Part shown: positions 12,140 through 24,520 of the stretch, piece by piece
Layout of the letters: the number at the start of each line of letters is the position of its first letter
How positions within the stretch are numbered: the first letter of the stretch is position 1
NCBI GenBank assembly: GCA_013265495.1
Contig: MU058687.1
Span: 2,668,001-2,732,000, forward strand
Length of the DNA: 64,000 nt
Origin: Vicugna vicugna
Lineage: Eukaryota
Direction: 5' to 3'
Notes under the pieces: model-generated
Told to the model about the DNA's origin: nothing
The model's database searches: none
The model's input: only the letters and a program-made list of their open reading frames with translations
Translations under genes and position numbers: made by a program

Positions 12140-12970
12140 AAACCAGGAATCAAAATGCCATCAGACTTCTCAACAGGGACACTGGAAGCTAGAAGACAAT
12201 GCAGCAATGCTTTCAAAGTTCTGAGAGAAAATTACATCCAACCTGAATTCTATATCCAGCCAAACTATCAATCAGTATGAGGGGAGAATGCAAATGTTTC
12301 AGACAAGCAAGGCCTAAAGTGTCTATTTCTAATGCACCCTTTCTCAGGAAGATATGGAAGATTTGTGTCACCAAAAAGAGAGAAGGAAGGAAAGAAAGAA
12401 TTCCCAGGATGATGAGGGAAGGAATACTTCAGAATAACAGCTGAGTCAAGAAGTTTAATTGAAGCAGAAGCAGGACAGGGCTCTAGGAGAGAGGAAAGAA
12501 GGAAGAGGAAGGAAGGAAAGACGAAGGAAGGAAGAGGGAAAATTAGTAACTCCAAATTGTAAAAGAGATGAAATGTAACCATAGTGCACTATAGGGCTCA
12601 TTGCTAAACAAGTTTTACATACCATCATCATCTAAATGCTAAATAACGGTTTAACCAAAAATGGACAGGTGTAGAGGAAGCACGCTGGGATGAGGAATAG
12701 GGTATGTGGTTAGAAAGCTAAATCCTAAGATGCCACTAATAGAAAGTCAATTGATAATATCTAAAAGTGTATATATATATATATAAAATAAGATTTCTAA
12801 TATCTAGAAATCTGGAGGTAAATAGCTGAAAATCTGGAGGTAAATAGCTATAAAAGTTAAAAAAAAAAAAGGAGGAATTAGGGTAGGGAAGTTACATTGT
12901 AAGCCTTGTAGTATATTTGATTTTTTTAAAACACATACACCTCTTCCTTTGATTAAACCAATAAAAGTAG
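12140..12970 (+). mobile_element. HAL1 (half-L1) / ancient L1 ORF1-derived element
   Basis: ORF1-like atcagacttctcaacagggacactggaagctagaagacaatgcagcaatgctttcaaagttctgagagaaaa..tatatccagccaaactatcaa, with a HAL1-like 3' end taagccttgtagtatatttgatttttttaaa..ataaaa. Confidence 0.7.
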
Positions 12971-13444
12971 ATAGATAAAAACAGTGTGGTTAGTTGGTGA
13001 GGGAAGTCATACCAGCATGTGTAGACAATGCCCTTTTCCAAGAAAGGAGCAGAGAGCTGGTGGTCTCCAGAAGCTGGTGAGTGGGCTTGAAGTGGGTGGC
13101 AGAGTTAGAAGCCTTACTGGGTGAGTCACAGCAAATCCACACGTCAGAAGGTCTAGGTCCCTCATTTCGGATCAGTGCCCTGCAGGGAGTGTCAGGTGAG
13201 GTAAGAGCAAAGGAAGCCAGATAAGGATCTTGCAAAGTAGCTGAATCAAATATTGAAGTCATACGCTTTTACCTGGTAAGCCAAACCGAGTTTATGCTTC
13301 CTAAAGAGTCCTAAAAAAGTTCCCCATTTTCTCCCTTAGACATAGAACAGTCTTGGAAAGACTTACATGGTTTTGACCATGTAAACGGACACCAAGATCA
13401 GGGACTAGCCTTCAGCCAGAGAGTGAAAGGGGGTGCAGCACCCC

Positions 13445-13975
13445 TATAGTGGACGTCTGTTGCTTTAGCCGGACCATCATCTAATCCTTCTTCCTGGTGG
13501 GACTCCACTCCTCCCCCATCTCAGTCCACGAAGAGCTGACCCCTCTGCCAGGCTCCACGGGGAGCACATGACCCAGGCCTAACCAATGAGAGCACGGCAT
13601 GTCCTTGACCACCGTGATTGGTCAGAAGGGGGCATGTGACCTAAGCTGGCCAATGACGGCCCTCCTCAGCATTTTTGCTGACTGACTGGGGGAAAGAAAG
13701 TGCTGTCTCACTGCTGGCCTTGCTATGATGTAAGCCTGAGGTTGCCCTTAGCTATCTGGCCACCACCAGGAGAAAAACTGCCTGAGAATGAAGCCTGCTC
13801 AGGGATAAGCAGCAGGAAGGGAAGGAAGGAAGGAGGCTCCTGATGACATCATCTGTGCCCCTGGTCTATTCACATCTGAAAACAACAACCCCTAAGACAT
13901 TTAGTTAATTGAGTCAATAAATTCCCTTTTGGGGATTTTATGCCACTTAAAACTGAGAGACTTTTGAGTGATGCA
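13445..13975 (+). mobile_element. MLT1K/L-type MaLR solo LTR
   Basis: tatagtggacgtctgttgct..cacatgacccaggcctaaccaatgagagc..gattggtcag..gcatgtgacctaagctggccaatga..gtcaataaattcccttt. Confidence 0.8.
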
Positions 13976-14534
13976 CCTCTCAGAAGACAGAAGTGGGAGA
14001 ACCTGAGGGAAAGGTCAAGCACAAAGTCAGCATAACCAGGCTGTCTAATCCGGCCATCTGGTCGCAGCCAACCTCTGTGATTCTCCTGCCAGGGCTAACG
14101 CAGTGCTGGGAGTTGTCTCACGCCCGGAGGCGCATTCCCATACATGTGCATGTAGAAAGCGGCCCACTGCGCAGTCCTGCCAAGACTCGTGGTCAGGAGG
14201 GTCACGGGATGGCACAGCCGAGCCTCTCACAGGCTGATATGTAGACTTTTCTAGTTCAGCCTTTATCTGATCCAAAGATTGTCTCTTCATCTGGCCCCGC
14301 CTAGGGCCATCCAGCTTCTGCTCAAACTCTCCCGTGGGTGAGGACTGCCCCAACTCACTGTCAACTTTTCCACCTTTTCCACTGAGGCCAAGAACAAAGA
14401 GCATAGCTCGAAGCTTCTTTCTCCATCTCACTGAGCCAGTTTCTGTTTTCCTGAACCTTCCACACTCCCTAGCAACAGAGGAAAAGTCCCAACCCACTTC
14501 CAAAGACAGTCCTTCAGGCATGTAAGAGTTGCGG

Positions 14535-15028
14535 TGTCCCGTTTTACTAAGAGGGGCTGAGTTCAGCTGCATGAAACAGAAACCAGACTGCAGTGGCTTA
14601 ACCAAATTTCTTCACATTGCAGTGGGGCTGGGCTGCAGCTGGCGGGACTCTGTGAGGTCCTCAGTGTCCCCACGCTCTCTCTCTACTCCGTCACCCTTAA
14701 TAAGTAGCTGTTATCCTCGTGGTTGCCTCACAGCTGCAAGGCGGCTTCTCCGTGTCCAGACTCCAATGCGCACTCCAAGCAGGAAGGAAAAAAAGGAAAG
14801 CAACAAGAAAGCAAAACATTCCCAGAAATACCCAACAGACTCTACTTTTGTCACATCAGCCAAAATTATGTCGCATGCATTACACTAGTTGCAAAGAAGC
14901 AAAGGGTATCTTTTGTCTCTTTGTTGAAATCTAGACTCATTGCTGCCTCAGATAAAATGATGGTGTTAATTGGTAAAGAAAAAAAGGAGACTGGGCAATA
15001 CGTAGGCAACTGGCAGTTGCTTCAAACA
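14535..15028 (-). mobile_element. Old MaLR LTR (MLT1J/L-like)
   Basis: ttcagctgcatgaaacagaaaccagactgcagtggcttaacc..cacatcagccaaaattatgtcgcatg..ctagttgcaaagaagc..taggcaactggcag. Confidence 0.65.
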
Positions 15029-15049
15029 AATTTCTTTTAAGGAGGAGCA

Positions 15050-15290
15050 GCACTGGAGTAAGACTAAGGCCTTGACTTGAGGGGGTGGGGGTCAGATAGA
15101 CTCCAGCTCCAAGTCCGGCCCCACCCCTCCTTTCCTGTGTGACTCTAGGAGATATTCGTAAGCAACTTGAGCTCCTATTTGCTCATTTCTTAAAGAGGAT
15201 ACATGTGCTTTTCTCAAAAGTTTCAGGAGTGATTAGACCAACTCTATGCAAAGTATCTTAACTCTGAGCCGCTCAACGAATGTTAACTCA
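15050..15290 (+). mobile_element. MIR SINE
   Basis: gtcagatagactccagctccaagtccggccccacc..ctgtgtgactctagg..tttgctcatttcttaa..tatgcaaagtatctta. Confidence 0.65.
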
Positions 15291-15339
15291 TCCTACTCCC
15301 TGTAATTGCTCATCACGTAACATGTTTCCAGTCCTTTCC

Positions 15340-15480
15340 TCCCACACATGCTCCCAGAATCTGCTCTAATGTCTTCTTCGAAATGTAGCCCCAGTAGGGA
15401 ACACAAGCTTCCACTGTGTCTGCACAGTGTGGAGGGCAATGGGGACAGTTCCCTTCTTTCTCACACCACCCGATGTCTTT
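15340..15480 (-). mobile_element. L3/CR1 fragment
   Basis: aatgtcttcttcgaaatgtagccccagtagggaacacaagcttcca..cagtgtggagggcaatggggaca resembles the reverse-complement of L3 ORF2 3' region. Confidence 0.55.
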
Positions 15481-15916
15481 GGGGGTCTCACAAGCACACA
15501 ATTACAGCAGGTATGGGGAACTCTTGTGTTCACTTCTCCTCCCCTTGGGCTCTTGGCCCATCAAGGACAGACCAGAAGGAGCTAAGCAGCGACCTGCTCT
15601 CAGGGTCACCTTTTATTAATGCAGCGCTGGATGCAGAATTGGCACGGCCTCTGACTCCCCTCCTTAAATCTAGACCCTGCACAGCCTTAATGAATTCTCC
15701 AATCACAGCCAGAGAAGTTGGAACCCAAGGAGCAAGGGCCTGGCTGGACCTGACAGCAGAAGAAGGCCTGCTCAGTCTGCTTAATCCACGGCAGCCAAAA
15801 GCAGGGGACCAGCTGCTCCCCCACCACAACCAAGCAGCTCCCACCCCAGGAGGGCCGTGCCCTCCCCAGACTATCCAATCACATTGGAAGAAAGGGAGAA
15901 GGATGGTGAGAGAGGC

Positions 15917-16390
15917 TATGGTAGTCCAAATATTGGCCCCCCAAAAATGTTCCTAATCCTTGGAACCTATAAATATGTTACCTTAGGATAGCTAAAGGGC
16001 CCTTGCTGATATAATTAAGGATCTTGAGATGAGAAGATCATTCTGGATGATCCAGGTGGACCCTACATAATCACAATGGTCCTTCTAAGAGGGAGACAAG
16101 AAGGTCATGGGCTGAAGAAAGAGATGGAATGATTCAAGTAGAGGTTGGAGTGATGTGCTTTGAAGATGGAGGAAGGGGCCACAAGCCAAGGAATGCAGGT
16201 GGTCTCTAGGAGCTGGAAAAGGCAAGGGCGCTGATTCTCCTCTGGCCAAATAGATTCTCCCCCTTGATTTCAGCCCCTTAAGACTCATTTCAAACTTCTG
16301 GCCTCCAGAACAGTAAGAGAATAAATTTGCGCTGTTTTAAGCCACTAAGTCCATGGTAATTTATTACAGCAGTGATAGGAAACTATTACA
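15917..16390 (+). mobile_element. MLT1D MaLR solo LTR
   Basis: tatggtag..tggccccccaaaaatgt..tggaacctataaatatgttacctta..aattaaggatcttgagatg..ttttaagccactaagt..tggtaatttattacagcagtgataggaaactattaca. Confidence 0.92.
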
Positions 16391-17019
16391 GGGACTGAGA
16401 AGAAAGAGACCTGTAAGAAAAGGGGGAGAAGAAATCCTCCCAGGAGGGACCATTTGCAGTCACCCAGGTCTCCAGGGCTTTCCACGAGCTCAGGCATGGC
16501 CTCCTTCACTGGGTCTGCCAACCAGATGCTTCCTCCATCCTTCAAGAATCAGTTCAAATGTTGTTCCCTTGTGCAGCTTTTCCTGGCTAACCTGACCTGG
16601 CAGAGTTAGTTGTTCCCTGCTCCCCGTCATGCATGGGGTACTCCGTCTGCACTGCTAATCTGGACATCCCAAATCGGTATGTGGTTTTCTATCTGTGTGT
16701 CTGTCTGACTCTCTCATCAGAGAGGGGGGCCCCTTGGAGATTGAAGTTGTAGTAATTTCTGCTTAAAAGTATGCTGAATTGAGTAGAAGTAAGCCAGGGC
16801 GTCCCAATCCCAAATCTGCACTATTGAGTGTCTCTGCTTTCATTTTAACCCAGCCCAGCAGTTCACAGCTCACCACCCCAAGCAGGAGCTTTCCCTCTGC
16901 ACCTCTGACAGTTTCTCTTCAGTGTCCTGTCTTGGCCATCCATATAAACATCACCACGGGTACCCAGTGTTTTATTTGCATACCTACAATCCAAGTCCTC
17001 CCTCAGGAACTTTGAGTTA

Positions 17020-17368
17020 GAAACAAGAGGTTGCAGCCCAGACTGGTTGCTCCCTTGAATGGAGAACATGTAAAGTCGGCTGCTGCTGATTTCACTGGAC
17101 ATTTTCTCCCCCAAGATCTGCATATCCCAGAAAATAGGGCTACAGATGAGGAGGGAGAGGCAGGAAGTAGAGGGCTGAGAGGGGAAGAGACTCTCGGTGC
17201 TTCCACAGTGTCACTGCCCCTGGTTTTGGTGCATCCTTGAAGCCTAGCAGCAGGCCTGCCCTGAAATTCTTACGATACCTCTGGGGTCTTTCCAATAGAT
17301 TTCCCGTTTTGCTTAGCTCAGCCAGAGTTCATTTACATTCCGCACAACCAAAGAAGTCCTAACAAATT
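17020..17368 (+). mobile_element. ERVL/MaLR LTR 3' fragment
   Basis: Terminal ttttgcttagctcagccagagtt..gcacaaccaaagaagtcctaacaaat. Confidence 0.55.
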
Positions 17369-18076
17369 TGGAACAGAGTGTTGGCACATCATATATGTGG
17401 TGCATTCCCAAACCAAATATGGTAAAGCCTCACTTACGCAGAGGTCACAAGTATGACCCCTTGCCCATGCAAAGCACTGTGGAAAACCCAGAAGGAAGAA
17501 AGAGGGCCTCTTGTTCTATCTGCCTGGCTGCAGGGCCGGGGCCAGGAGGAGCCAAATCATGGAGCAGAGGGAAGCTCAGGAGGTGGCCATGGATTGGAGC
17601 ACTGGGAGGAGAAGCCAAAGATGTCAGGATCCCGTGGTCAAGTAGAAAAGGCAGAAACCAAAGAGGAGTGGGCCAGGGTTCAAGCCGGTGGGAGGAAGCC
17701 ACCCTTAGGGCCCCAGAGAGCCCTGATGAATGTCTGAGCCAGCTCTGTTCTCTGTGAATGGACACTGCTCTTGAAGGCCCAGGACCATTGTCACTGGCTC
17801 CTCCCACCTTTGCTACAGCCACTGGGTCCTGAGGCCAGTTCCTGAGGCCCAGTCAAGCTTTAAGTCAGGCTCGTAAAGCTGTCCTTGTCCCCTTGTCCTG
17901 TGAGTAGTCCAGGGGGCTGGGTTCTACACTTCCTCATTCTTATTTAGGAAGCAGTCCTAGCAAGCTTGATTAGCCAGTTTCCCAGCCCACGGTGGATTAG
18001 AAATCCCACATTAGAAATGGGGAGAGATGCTATGAGAGGAATCAGACGGATAGTGGCCAGAACTGACAAGCTACAG

Positions 18077-18284
18077 CAGGGCTTCTCCACTTCAGCACCA
18101 GTGACGCTCGGGGCCAGTTAATTCCTTGTTTCGGGGGGCGGTTCTGTGCACTGCACCATGTTTACCAGCGTCCCTCTGCCCACTAGATGCCAGTAACACT
18201 CCCTCCACTTGTATCAACCAAAAATGTCCCCAACATGTCCCTGGGGGACAAAAATCACACCAGGCGCCAGGCAGAGAACCACTG
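18077..18284 (-). mobile_element. MER20 (hAT-Charlie)
   Basis: cagggcttctccacttcagcacca..ctgtgcactg..cccactagatgccagtaacac..aaccaaaaatgtc..ccctgggggacaaaa..gagaaccactg. Confidence 0.85.
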
Positions 18285-19469
18285 TGCCATAAGAAGAGAG
18301 TGAGAAAAGGTTTTAAAATATTCACAAGAACATTAAAAAAAAAAAAAAAACCACAACAGCTCAGGCCAGTTAAAGGGGCAGAGCCCAACTTCCACCCCTG
18401 GCCCTTAAAGATGAGTCATTTATGACAGAGGGTCACACTGCACCTGCCACTGACCCAGAGCCCTAGTGCCCCCTCCCTTGCTGCTGGAAATCCCCCCAAA
18501 GTGGCAGAGTGGTGCTGACCATCCCATTTAAGAAGGTTCTGTCTCAGAAAGACAGTGGGGGGAAATGTGCCCCCAAAGGGTGACAGCACTTCCCTGGGGA
18601 GGATGGAACACGGGATTTTTTCCCTCTCGTTAGCACCCTTCAGTAGTGCCTGGCACATAGCAAGCCCTCACTAAATTAAGCTCAATTTTAAAGGTTTCTA
18701 CGCTGACTCCATAGTGTATGGGCTTGCTGGAGGACAAGAGCCTCTCAATACTTGAAGGCCCCTCGGCAATTCTCCCTGCTTGTCCTGGGTCCTCTCTCCC
18801 ATGACCCTTTCCACCTATCCCAGCACCTTGACCCCGCCATGCTTATCCTGTAGGTCAAGAGGAGGTAAGAGCGTCTTCTCCCAGCCAGAGCCCTGCCCAT
18901 GGTGCAGATGGGGTGTTGCCATGGGCAGGCTGCAGTCTCACTCCTTGTTTGCAGTGAGTGCCCCGCCTCCCTCCCCTGAAGGGGTGTGGAGGATTGAGAG
19001 CTGGCCCACGAGTCCTGATTTGTAAAGAAGCGCTGCAGTGTGAGGAAGTTGACATGGTCATGAGTCTAGTCTCCACTGGGTGCTCGTTTCCAGTGCATAA
19101 GCCATGACAAACTCTCGTTTCTGCAGCCAGGAGCCAGAGCCATTGAGAATGACAGTCATGGGAAGACACTGGGACAATCTTTCAGGGTGGCCAAGATGAG
19201 CCAGGAGCTCCAGAATAAGCAGCAGAAGGTGCAGCAGAGAAAGCGATAGGGTTCACATTGAGAACACACTTTGGAGACGCATCCCAGGCACTATGCCTAG
19301 AGCTGCGTCATACATCAACTCGGGGATCTTCAAAGGGAGGTCCAAGGGCACTGGGGCCTTAGACGGTTCAAATGAGCCAACCGAGGCACAGGGAAAGGAG
19401 ATGACTTTCCTGATACTGCACAACTATGAAGTAGCAGACCCAGCATTCAAACAAGGTCAAGAATGAGGT

Positions 19470-19792
19470 ACAAAATGTCCAGCAATCAATAGACTGGTTA
19501 AATAAATAATGGTTTATTTTTGGAATATTGGGTGGCCACCAGCGTTTCTTGGTAGAAGAATATTTAACGACCTGGAAAGATGTTCGAGATAATATAGTTG
19601 GGTGGGAAAAGAAAAAGCAGGTTACAAAACAACATGTGCAAATGAGTTAATAAAAAAAAAAAAATACAGAGGTGTGATTTCCAAGAAAAAAAAATCAGAA
19701 TATTAACAGAGGCTACCTCTGGATAACAGGAGTAGGTGTGATTTCTATTCTGCAACCTTGTCCATTTTTTCTTACAGTGATCATTTTGTAAC
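19470..19792 (+). mobile_element. L1ME-type ancient L1 3' end
   Basis: aaatgtccagcaat..gactggttaaataaata.tgg..tggaatatt..tggaaagatgttc..aaaagcaggttacaaaacaacatgt..tattaacagaggctacctctgg. Confidence 0.75.
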
Positions 19793-20254
19793 GAGGGCAA
19801 ACCTGACAGAAAGAGCCCAGGCTTTGTTTCTGTGGGGGGGAAGGGGAGGGGCTGGAGCCCAGACCGACCCAGAAATGCAGGAGCCCGGGGCTGAGCAGAC
19901 CGGAGGTTGGGGTAGGAAGCAACACCCTTCCTTGGAACACTGGGCCTTTTTTCTAGATCAGGCAGGCAGGCAGGCGAAGATGGGGATCCCCCTGGCCCCC
20001 TGAATTGAGTTCCGCTCTTCTGGGCCTGTACTTGCAGAGCTGGGAGCTCCAGCCCGCTGGGGGCAGGTGGGGGTGGGGAGAAGGCAGAGCTGGCCCGGGT
20101 TTATTCTGGGTATGCATGAAGGGCGTGGGAGAGCTGGGGAGAGTTGCTTAAATGGTGTGCCTTTGTGCCAAGTTTTCAGTGTAGCAGGAGGTGGGGGAGG
20201 TGGGGGTTTGCTCAGAAATAACAAGAGTGGCAGTGTGAGCTCGGTCATTTAGAA

Positions 20255-20641
20255 CTGTGGCTCTCAAACCTCTGAGCCCCAACAACATGCCTTAAAACAT
20301 TTTCAAATGTTGTGCACAACATTGTAAAATGGCTATAATTCAATAAAAATATGTTTTAAAAAAGTTAAAAGAATAAAAAAATAAAATGTTGTGTAATAAT
20401 TTAACAACCTGAAAGTAAATCTGTGGATAATATAACCTACCTACAGATGTAATTTATTTTAGTCAATCTGATGCCCTGACTGTATTATAAAGAAAAAAAA
20501 TGGTTTATAGTAAAACAAGAAGTATTTCAATATGTAAATGCTCAGGCAGGACTACAGTAGAAGGCAACACCCTCCCACCTCCACCAGCACCGAAGATTTC
20601 CGAAACTCTCCCTGGGGGAGATTCAACCCAGAGAACCATTG
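20255..20641. mobile_element. hAT-Charlie element
   Basis: Termini ctgtggctctcaaacc ... gagaaccattg, flanked by atttagaa / attagaa. AT-rich interior. Confidence 0.6.
20315..20383 (+). mobile_element. Ultra-short L1 3' terminus
   Basis: cacaacattgtaaaatggctataattcaataaaaa plus A-rich tail. TSD aaatgttgtg at 20305-20314 and 20384-20393. Confidence 0.85.
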
Positions 20642-20719
20642 ATTAGAATGATGGTCATCGGCTATAGTGAGTCTTTCTCAGAGCCAGCTATATAGAGAGA
20701 GAAAGAGAGAAAGAGAAAG

Positions 20720-20870
20720 TCAACTAATCTTCGCAACACGATGAATTGGGTGCTCTTGTTATCCCCATTTTACAGATGAGAAACACAGGCCCAGAGAGGC
20801 TGAGTTACTTGCCCAAGGTTACACAGCTGGTGAGCTGGGGAGCTGAGATTTGAACCCAGGCAAACTGGCC
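20720..20870 (-). mobile_element. MIR SINE
   Basis: atccccattttacagatgagaaacacaggcccagagaggctgagttacttgcccaaggttacacagctggtgag..gatttgaacccaggc. Confidence 0.9.
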
Positions 20871-20944
20871 TTCCTGAGGGAGGAGGCTCAGCCCAAGGGA
20901 ACTGGGTCAGAGGTGAGGAGCCCCGCCCCAGGCACTCTAACCTG

Positions 20945-21144
20945 CCGTGTTTCTCAGCCTCAGCACTATTCATATTCTGGGCTGGAAAAGTCTTTGTTGT
21001 GGGGTAGTCCTGTGCAGAGTAAGATGTTTAGCAGCATCCCTGGTTTCTACCCATTAGATGCTACCCCTTCCATCTGCAAGCACCAGAAATGCCTCCAGAC
21101 ATTGTCAAATATCCCGTGGAGAGTAAACTGGTTGAGAGCCACTG
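20945..21144 (-). mobile_element. MER20 (hAT-Charlie)
   Basis: tttctcagcctcagcactatt..gtcctgtgca..gatgtttagcagcatccctgg..ctccagacattgtcaaat..ggttgagagccactg. Confidence 0.88.
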
Positions 21145-21453
21145 GGTTTGAGTAATCAAGGCAGAATCCTAGAGAATCAAGGCACACCCTGAGCCAGATC
21201 TGCAGATCCAGTAGAATATCCGGAGTTAGAGAAAAGCGAGGCAGTGCTCTAGGGGGAAGGGCGTGAATGACATGGGTCTGGCAGGAAGTGTGTGGTCACA
21301 CGGAGGACATGGGAAAGCGGGTCTGGGTGGCCATGTGCACAGAGATAAAGAGAAAAGCTGAGATCTCGTGGCCAGAAGCCACCTCCCTTCCTGGTTCCTC
21401 TCCTGACTTTGTGTCCTGCCTTGAGTGAGGACCCCTGATTAAGACAGCACCTG

Positions 21454-22058
21454 CTAATACAACTTAATAACAACAACAAAAAAAACAACCCAACCCCAAA
21501 ATGGGCAGAAGACCTAAGCAAGCAATTCTCCAACGAAGACATACAAATGGCCAATAGGCACATGAAAAAAATATTCAATATCATTAATTATCAGGGAAAT
21601 GCAAAGCAAAACTACAATGAGGTATCACCTCACACCAGTCAGAACGGCCATCGTTAAAAAGTCCACAAACGATAAATGCTGGAGAGCGTGTGGAGAAAAG
21701 GGAGCCCTTGTACACTGTTGATGGGAATGTAGTTTGGTGCAACCAAACAATCTTATGATTACCGGGGAAAAGGGGTGGGAAGGGATAAACTTGGGAGTCT
21801 GAGACTTGCAAAATATTAACTACTATATATAGAAACAGATTAAAAAACAAATTTCTTCTGTATAGCACAAGGAATTATATTCAATATCTTGTAAAAACCT
21901 TTAATGAAAAAGAATATGAAAACGAATATATGTATGCATATGTATGGCTGGGGTATCATGCTATACACCAGAGACTGGCACATTGTAACTGACTATACAT
22001 CAATAAAAAATAAGTAAATAAATAAAGACTATTAAATAGTGCACAAACACAAAAAAAA
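21454..22058 (+). mobile_element. 5'-truncated, internally deleted L1
   Basis: ORF2 segment (aaaatgggcagaagaccta..gaagacatacaaatggcca..tttggtgcaacca) joined directly to 3' UTR. TSD aagacagcacctg (21441-21453) / aaaatagcacctg (22055-22067). Confidence 0.92.
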
Positions 22059-22213
22059 TAGCACCTGAAAATGATTTTAGTTGAGGAGACTGTGGTTGAT
22101 CAGAATTTACAAGGTTTTTCCAAGCCTACTCACCGCCCTAGGAGGTCAGCATGACTCTCAGCCCCTCAGATGAATCACTCCCACACGTGGAGGTCCACCT
22201 CTCTGTTCTGTAA

Positions 22214-22331
22214 CCTCCCTCATCCTTAGCCAGTCTCTCAGCCACAGATTCTTGGGTCTTGAGAGCCCTTTGCCTCCCCTCATCCTTAGCCAGTCCTCAG
22301 CCACACCTTCTTGGGTCCTGAGAGCTCTTTG
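22214..22331. repeat. Two-copy 59-bp imperfect tandem duplication
   Basis: Units 22214-22272 and 22273-22331 (cctccctcatccttagccagtc..tcagccaca..ttcttgggtc.tgagagc.ctttg). Confidence 0.9.
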
Positions 22332-23009
22332 CAGTCTCCTTGTCTTCTACAGGCAGAGAAGGGGTGGGGGGCTCCTGGCCTGTAACCCTGTGAAGGGCGA
22401 GAAGCAGGGGAGACAAATGCCTTGGGCTGATTAGTAAGAAGCCCCCTGCAAAACTCCTGGCTCTCTGCTAAGCCCCTTTGGGAGAAGAGGGGATTCTCAG
22501 ACAACCTTTCGGCCACTGCACTTGGCTCTTGACTGGAATAATTAGAAACGGAGCCAGGAATGATGTCATGACTCTGCGGGAGACTAGAAGATGACTTTGA
22601 GCAAGGCACTTACTGTGGCTTCAGCTCTCTTCTTTATGTAGTGAACTGGGGTGGACTTGGTAAATTTTAATGCTCCTGCGCTGACATTCTGATTTGAAGA
22701 TGAAAGCCCGGGCAAGTCCCTCTCAGAAGAGCGTGGCAGCCGTGGCTTTGCATACCCAGCTCACTTTCCCTCCCCCTTCCGACAGTTTCCCTGAGAGCTT
22801 CTCTCCTTCTCCAGGTGGTACTGATGCGGCTGTCAATCATGGTGCCCTACCCTTTTCCAAGAGTGTCAGGATGGGCAAGTGTCCCAGGCCGCCCAGTCAG
22901 AGGACCCTCCTATGTTGATTGCTTCATTAATGGGCACGCTCCTCTGCCAGTTAAGATTCTTCCCTGGGATACAGAAGACAGAAATGATGCTTCTAGGGAC
23001 TCATTAGGC

Positions 23010-23270
23010 TAGAAAGATGTGAGTCTGAGGCTACCAGCTGTCATCTTCCTGACACAGGAAGAAAGCTCATCTACAGAATAAAGCCAGTATACAGAGCACA
23101 ACAAAGCTGAGAGCCCAAGAGAGAGATAAAGCCTTGATGACATTATTTGAATCCCTGGATCAAACTGTGCCTGAAAGTGATGCCCAGTTGTGAATTAATT
23201 CTCCCTCTTGCTTAAGCTAGTTTAATTTGGGTTTCTGTAACTTACAAACGAAACAGTCCTAACTAATACA
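23010..23270 (+). mobile_element. MLT1K-like LTR 3' half
   Basis: ccttgatgacattatttgaatccctggatcaaactgtgcctgaa..cttaagctagtttaatttgggtttctgtaacttacaa..gtcctaactaataca. Confidence 0.8.
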
Positions 23271-23915
23271 ACCCTCCAGCAGTAGGGCTGTGAGAGGGGG
23301 TATTGAGCACATGGAGGGGTAGGATCTGCCAGCTTATACTTTCAGCCTGAGTCAAAAAACCTCAAATCACCCCCCGGCCCTCCTCCACCCTGCACATCTC
23401 TCCTGCCATGGTCTTTGCTTTGATGGTGCTTTGATGGTCTCTCAGCTTCAGCCTTACAGAGGGGAGCTCTCCTAACTTAACCCATGGTCCAATGCCACCA
23501 TGCACGTTTTTCAAGCTCAAATTTGACAGCAGCCTTGAAAAAGGATGTCCTTGCCCCCAGACACACAGCGGGGAAACAGGGAAGTCGAATCTGTAATGCA
23601 CAGCTTACAGCAGTGGGTTCTCAGCAGGTTGGAAAGATGGGGAGCAGGGGTTCTTGGGGTGTAGAACACGTCAGTGTGGGCTCTGCACTCAATCCTTGCC
23701 CCCCTGAGGAGAAGCCTGCACCCCAGCACTGGAATTGCAGGGACCTGGGGCTCAGAACAGTCCATCAGGCCTGGTTGATACCTAGCAGGTTGGAACTGTC
23801 CTTCCCACTGCAGCAAGAAAACCAGCCCCAGACACAGGGCCAAGAAGGGCTTGGATCTTCATATGACTGCTTGGTATACCTACAGCATTTGGGTTCCCAG
23901 AGCAGTGCTCCACTC

Positions 23916-24349
23916 TGCTATGGACTGGATTGTGTCCTCTCAAAATTCGTATGCTCAAGCCCTAACCCCTGATATATTTGGAGACAAGGCCTTTAGAGGG
24001 GACAATTAAACCTAAAAAAACAACAACAACAACAAAATTTTTTAAAGGTTACATAAAAGGTTATATGAGGTCATAAGGGTAGGGTCCTAACTTATAGACT
24101 TGATGTCCTTTTAAGAGGAGGAAAAGAGAAAAATCTCCCCGCAGGCACGGGCTCGGAGGAAAGGCCATGTGAGCACAGAGCTAGCAGACAGCTGTCTGCT
24201 CACCAGGAAGAGGGCCCTGGCCAGATCTGACCACGCTGGAGCCCTGATCTCAGACCTGCAGTCTCCGTAACTGTGAGAAAATACATGTCTGCTGTTTCAG
24301 CACCCCCAGCCTATGTATGTTGTTATGATAGCCCAGGCTGACCAAGACA
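23916..24349 (+). mobile_element. MLT1A-type MaLR solo LTR
   Basis: tgctatggactggattgtgtcc..caaaattcgtatg..aagccctaacccc..tgaggtcataagggtagggtccta..aactgtgagaaaat..tgttatgatagcccaggctgaccaagaca. Confidence 0.9.
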
Positions 24350-24520
24350 TACACCCTCCACCCCCACCAGAAGGCCCCATGTGCTCCCTTCTGGAGGGGC
24401 TGGGAAAGGAACTCTTAGCCAGGAGTTCTCAGCAGTTACCACAAGCCAGGTTGTTCGAAGCACTTTCCATACCTTTAGTCACCGAGCCCTCATAACAACC
24501 CCATGAGATAGGCAGCATTG

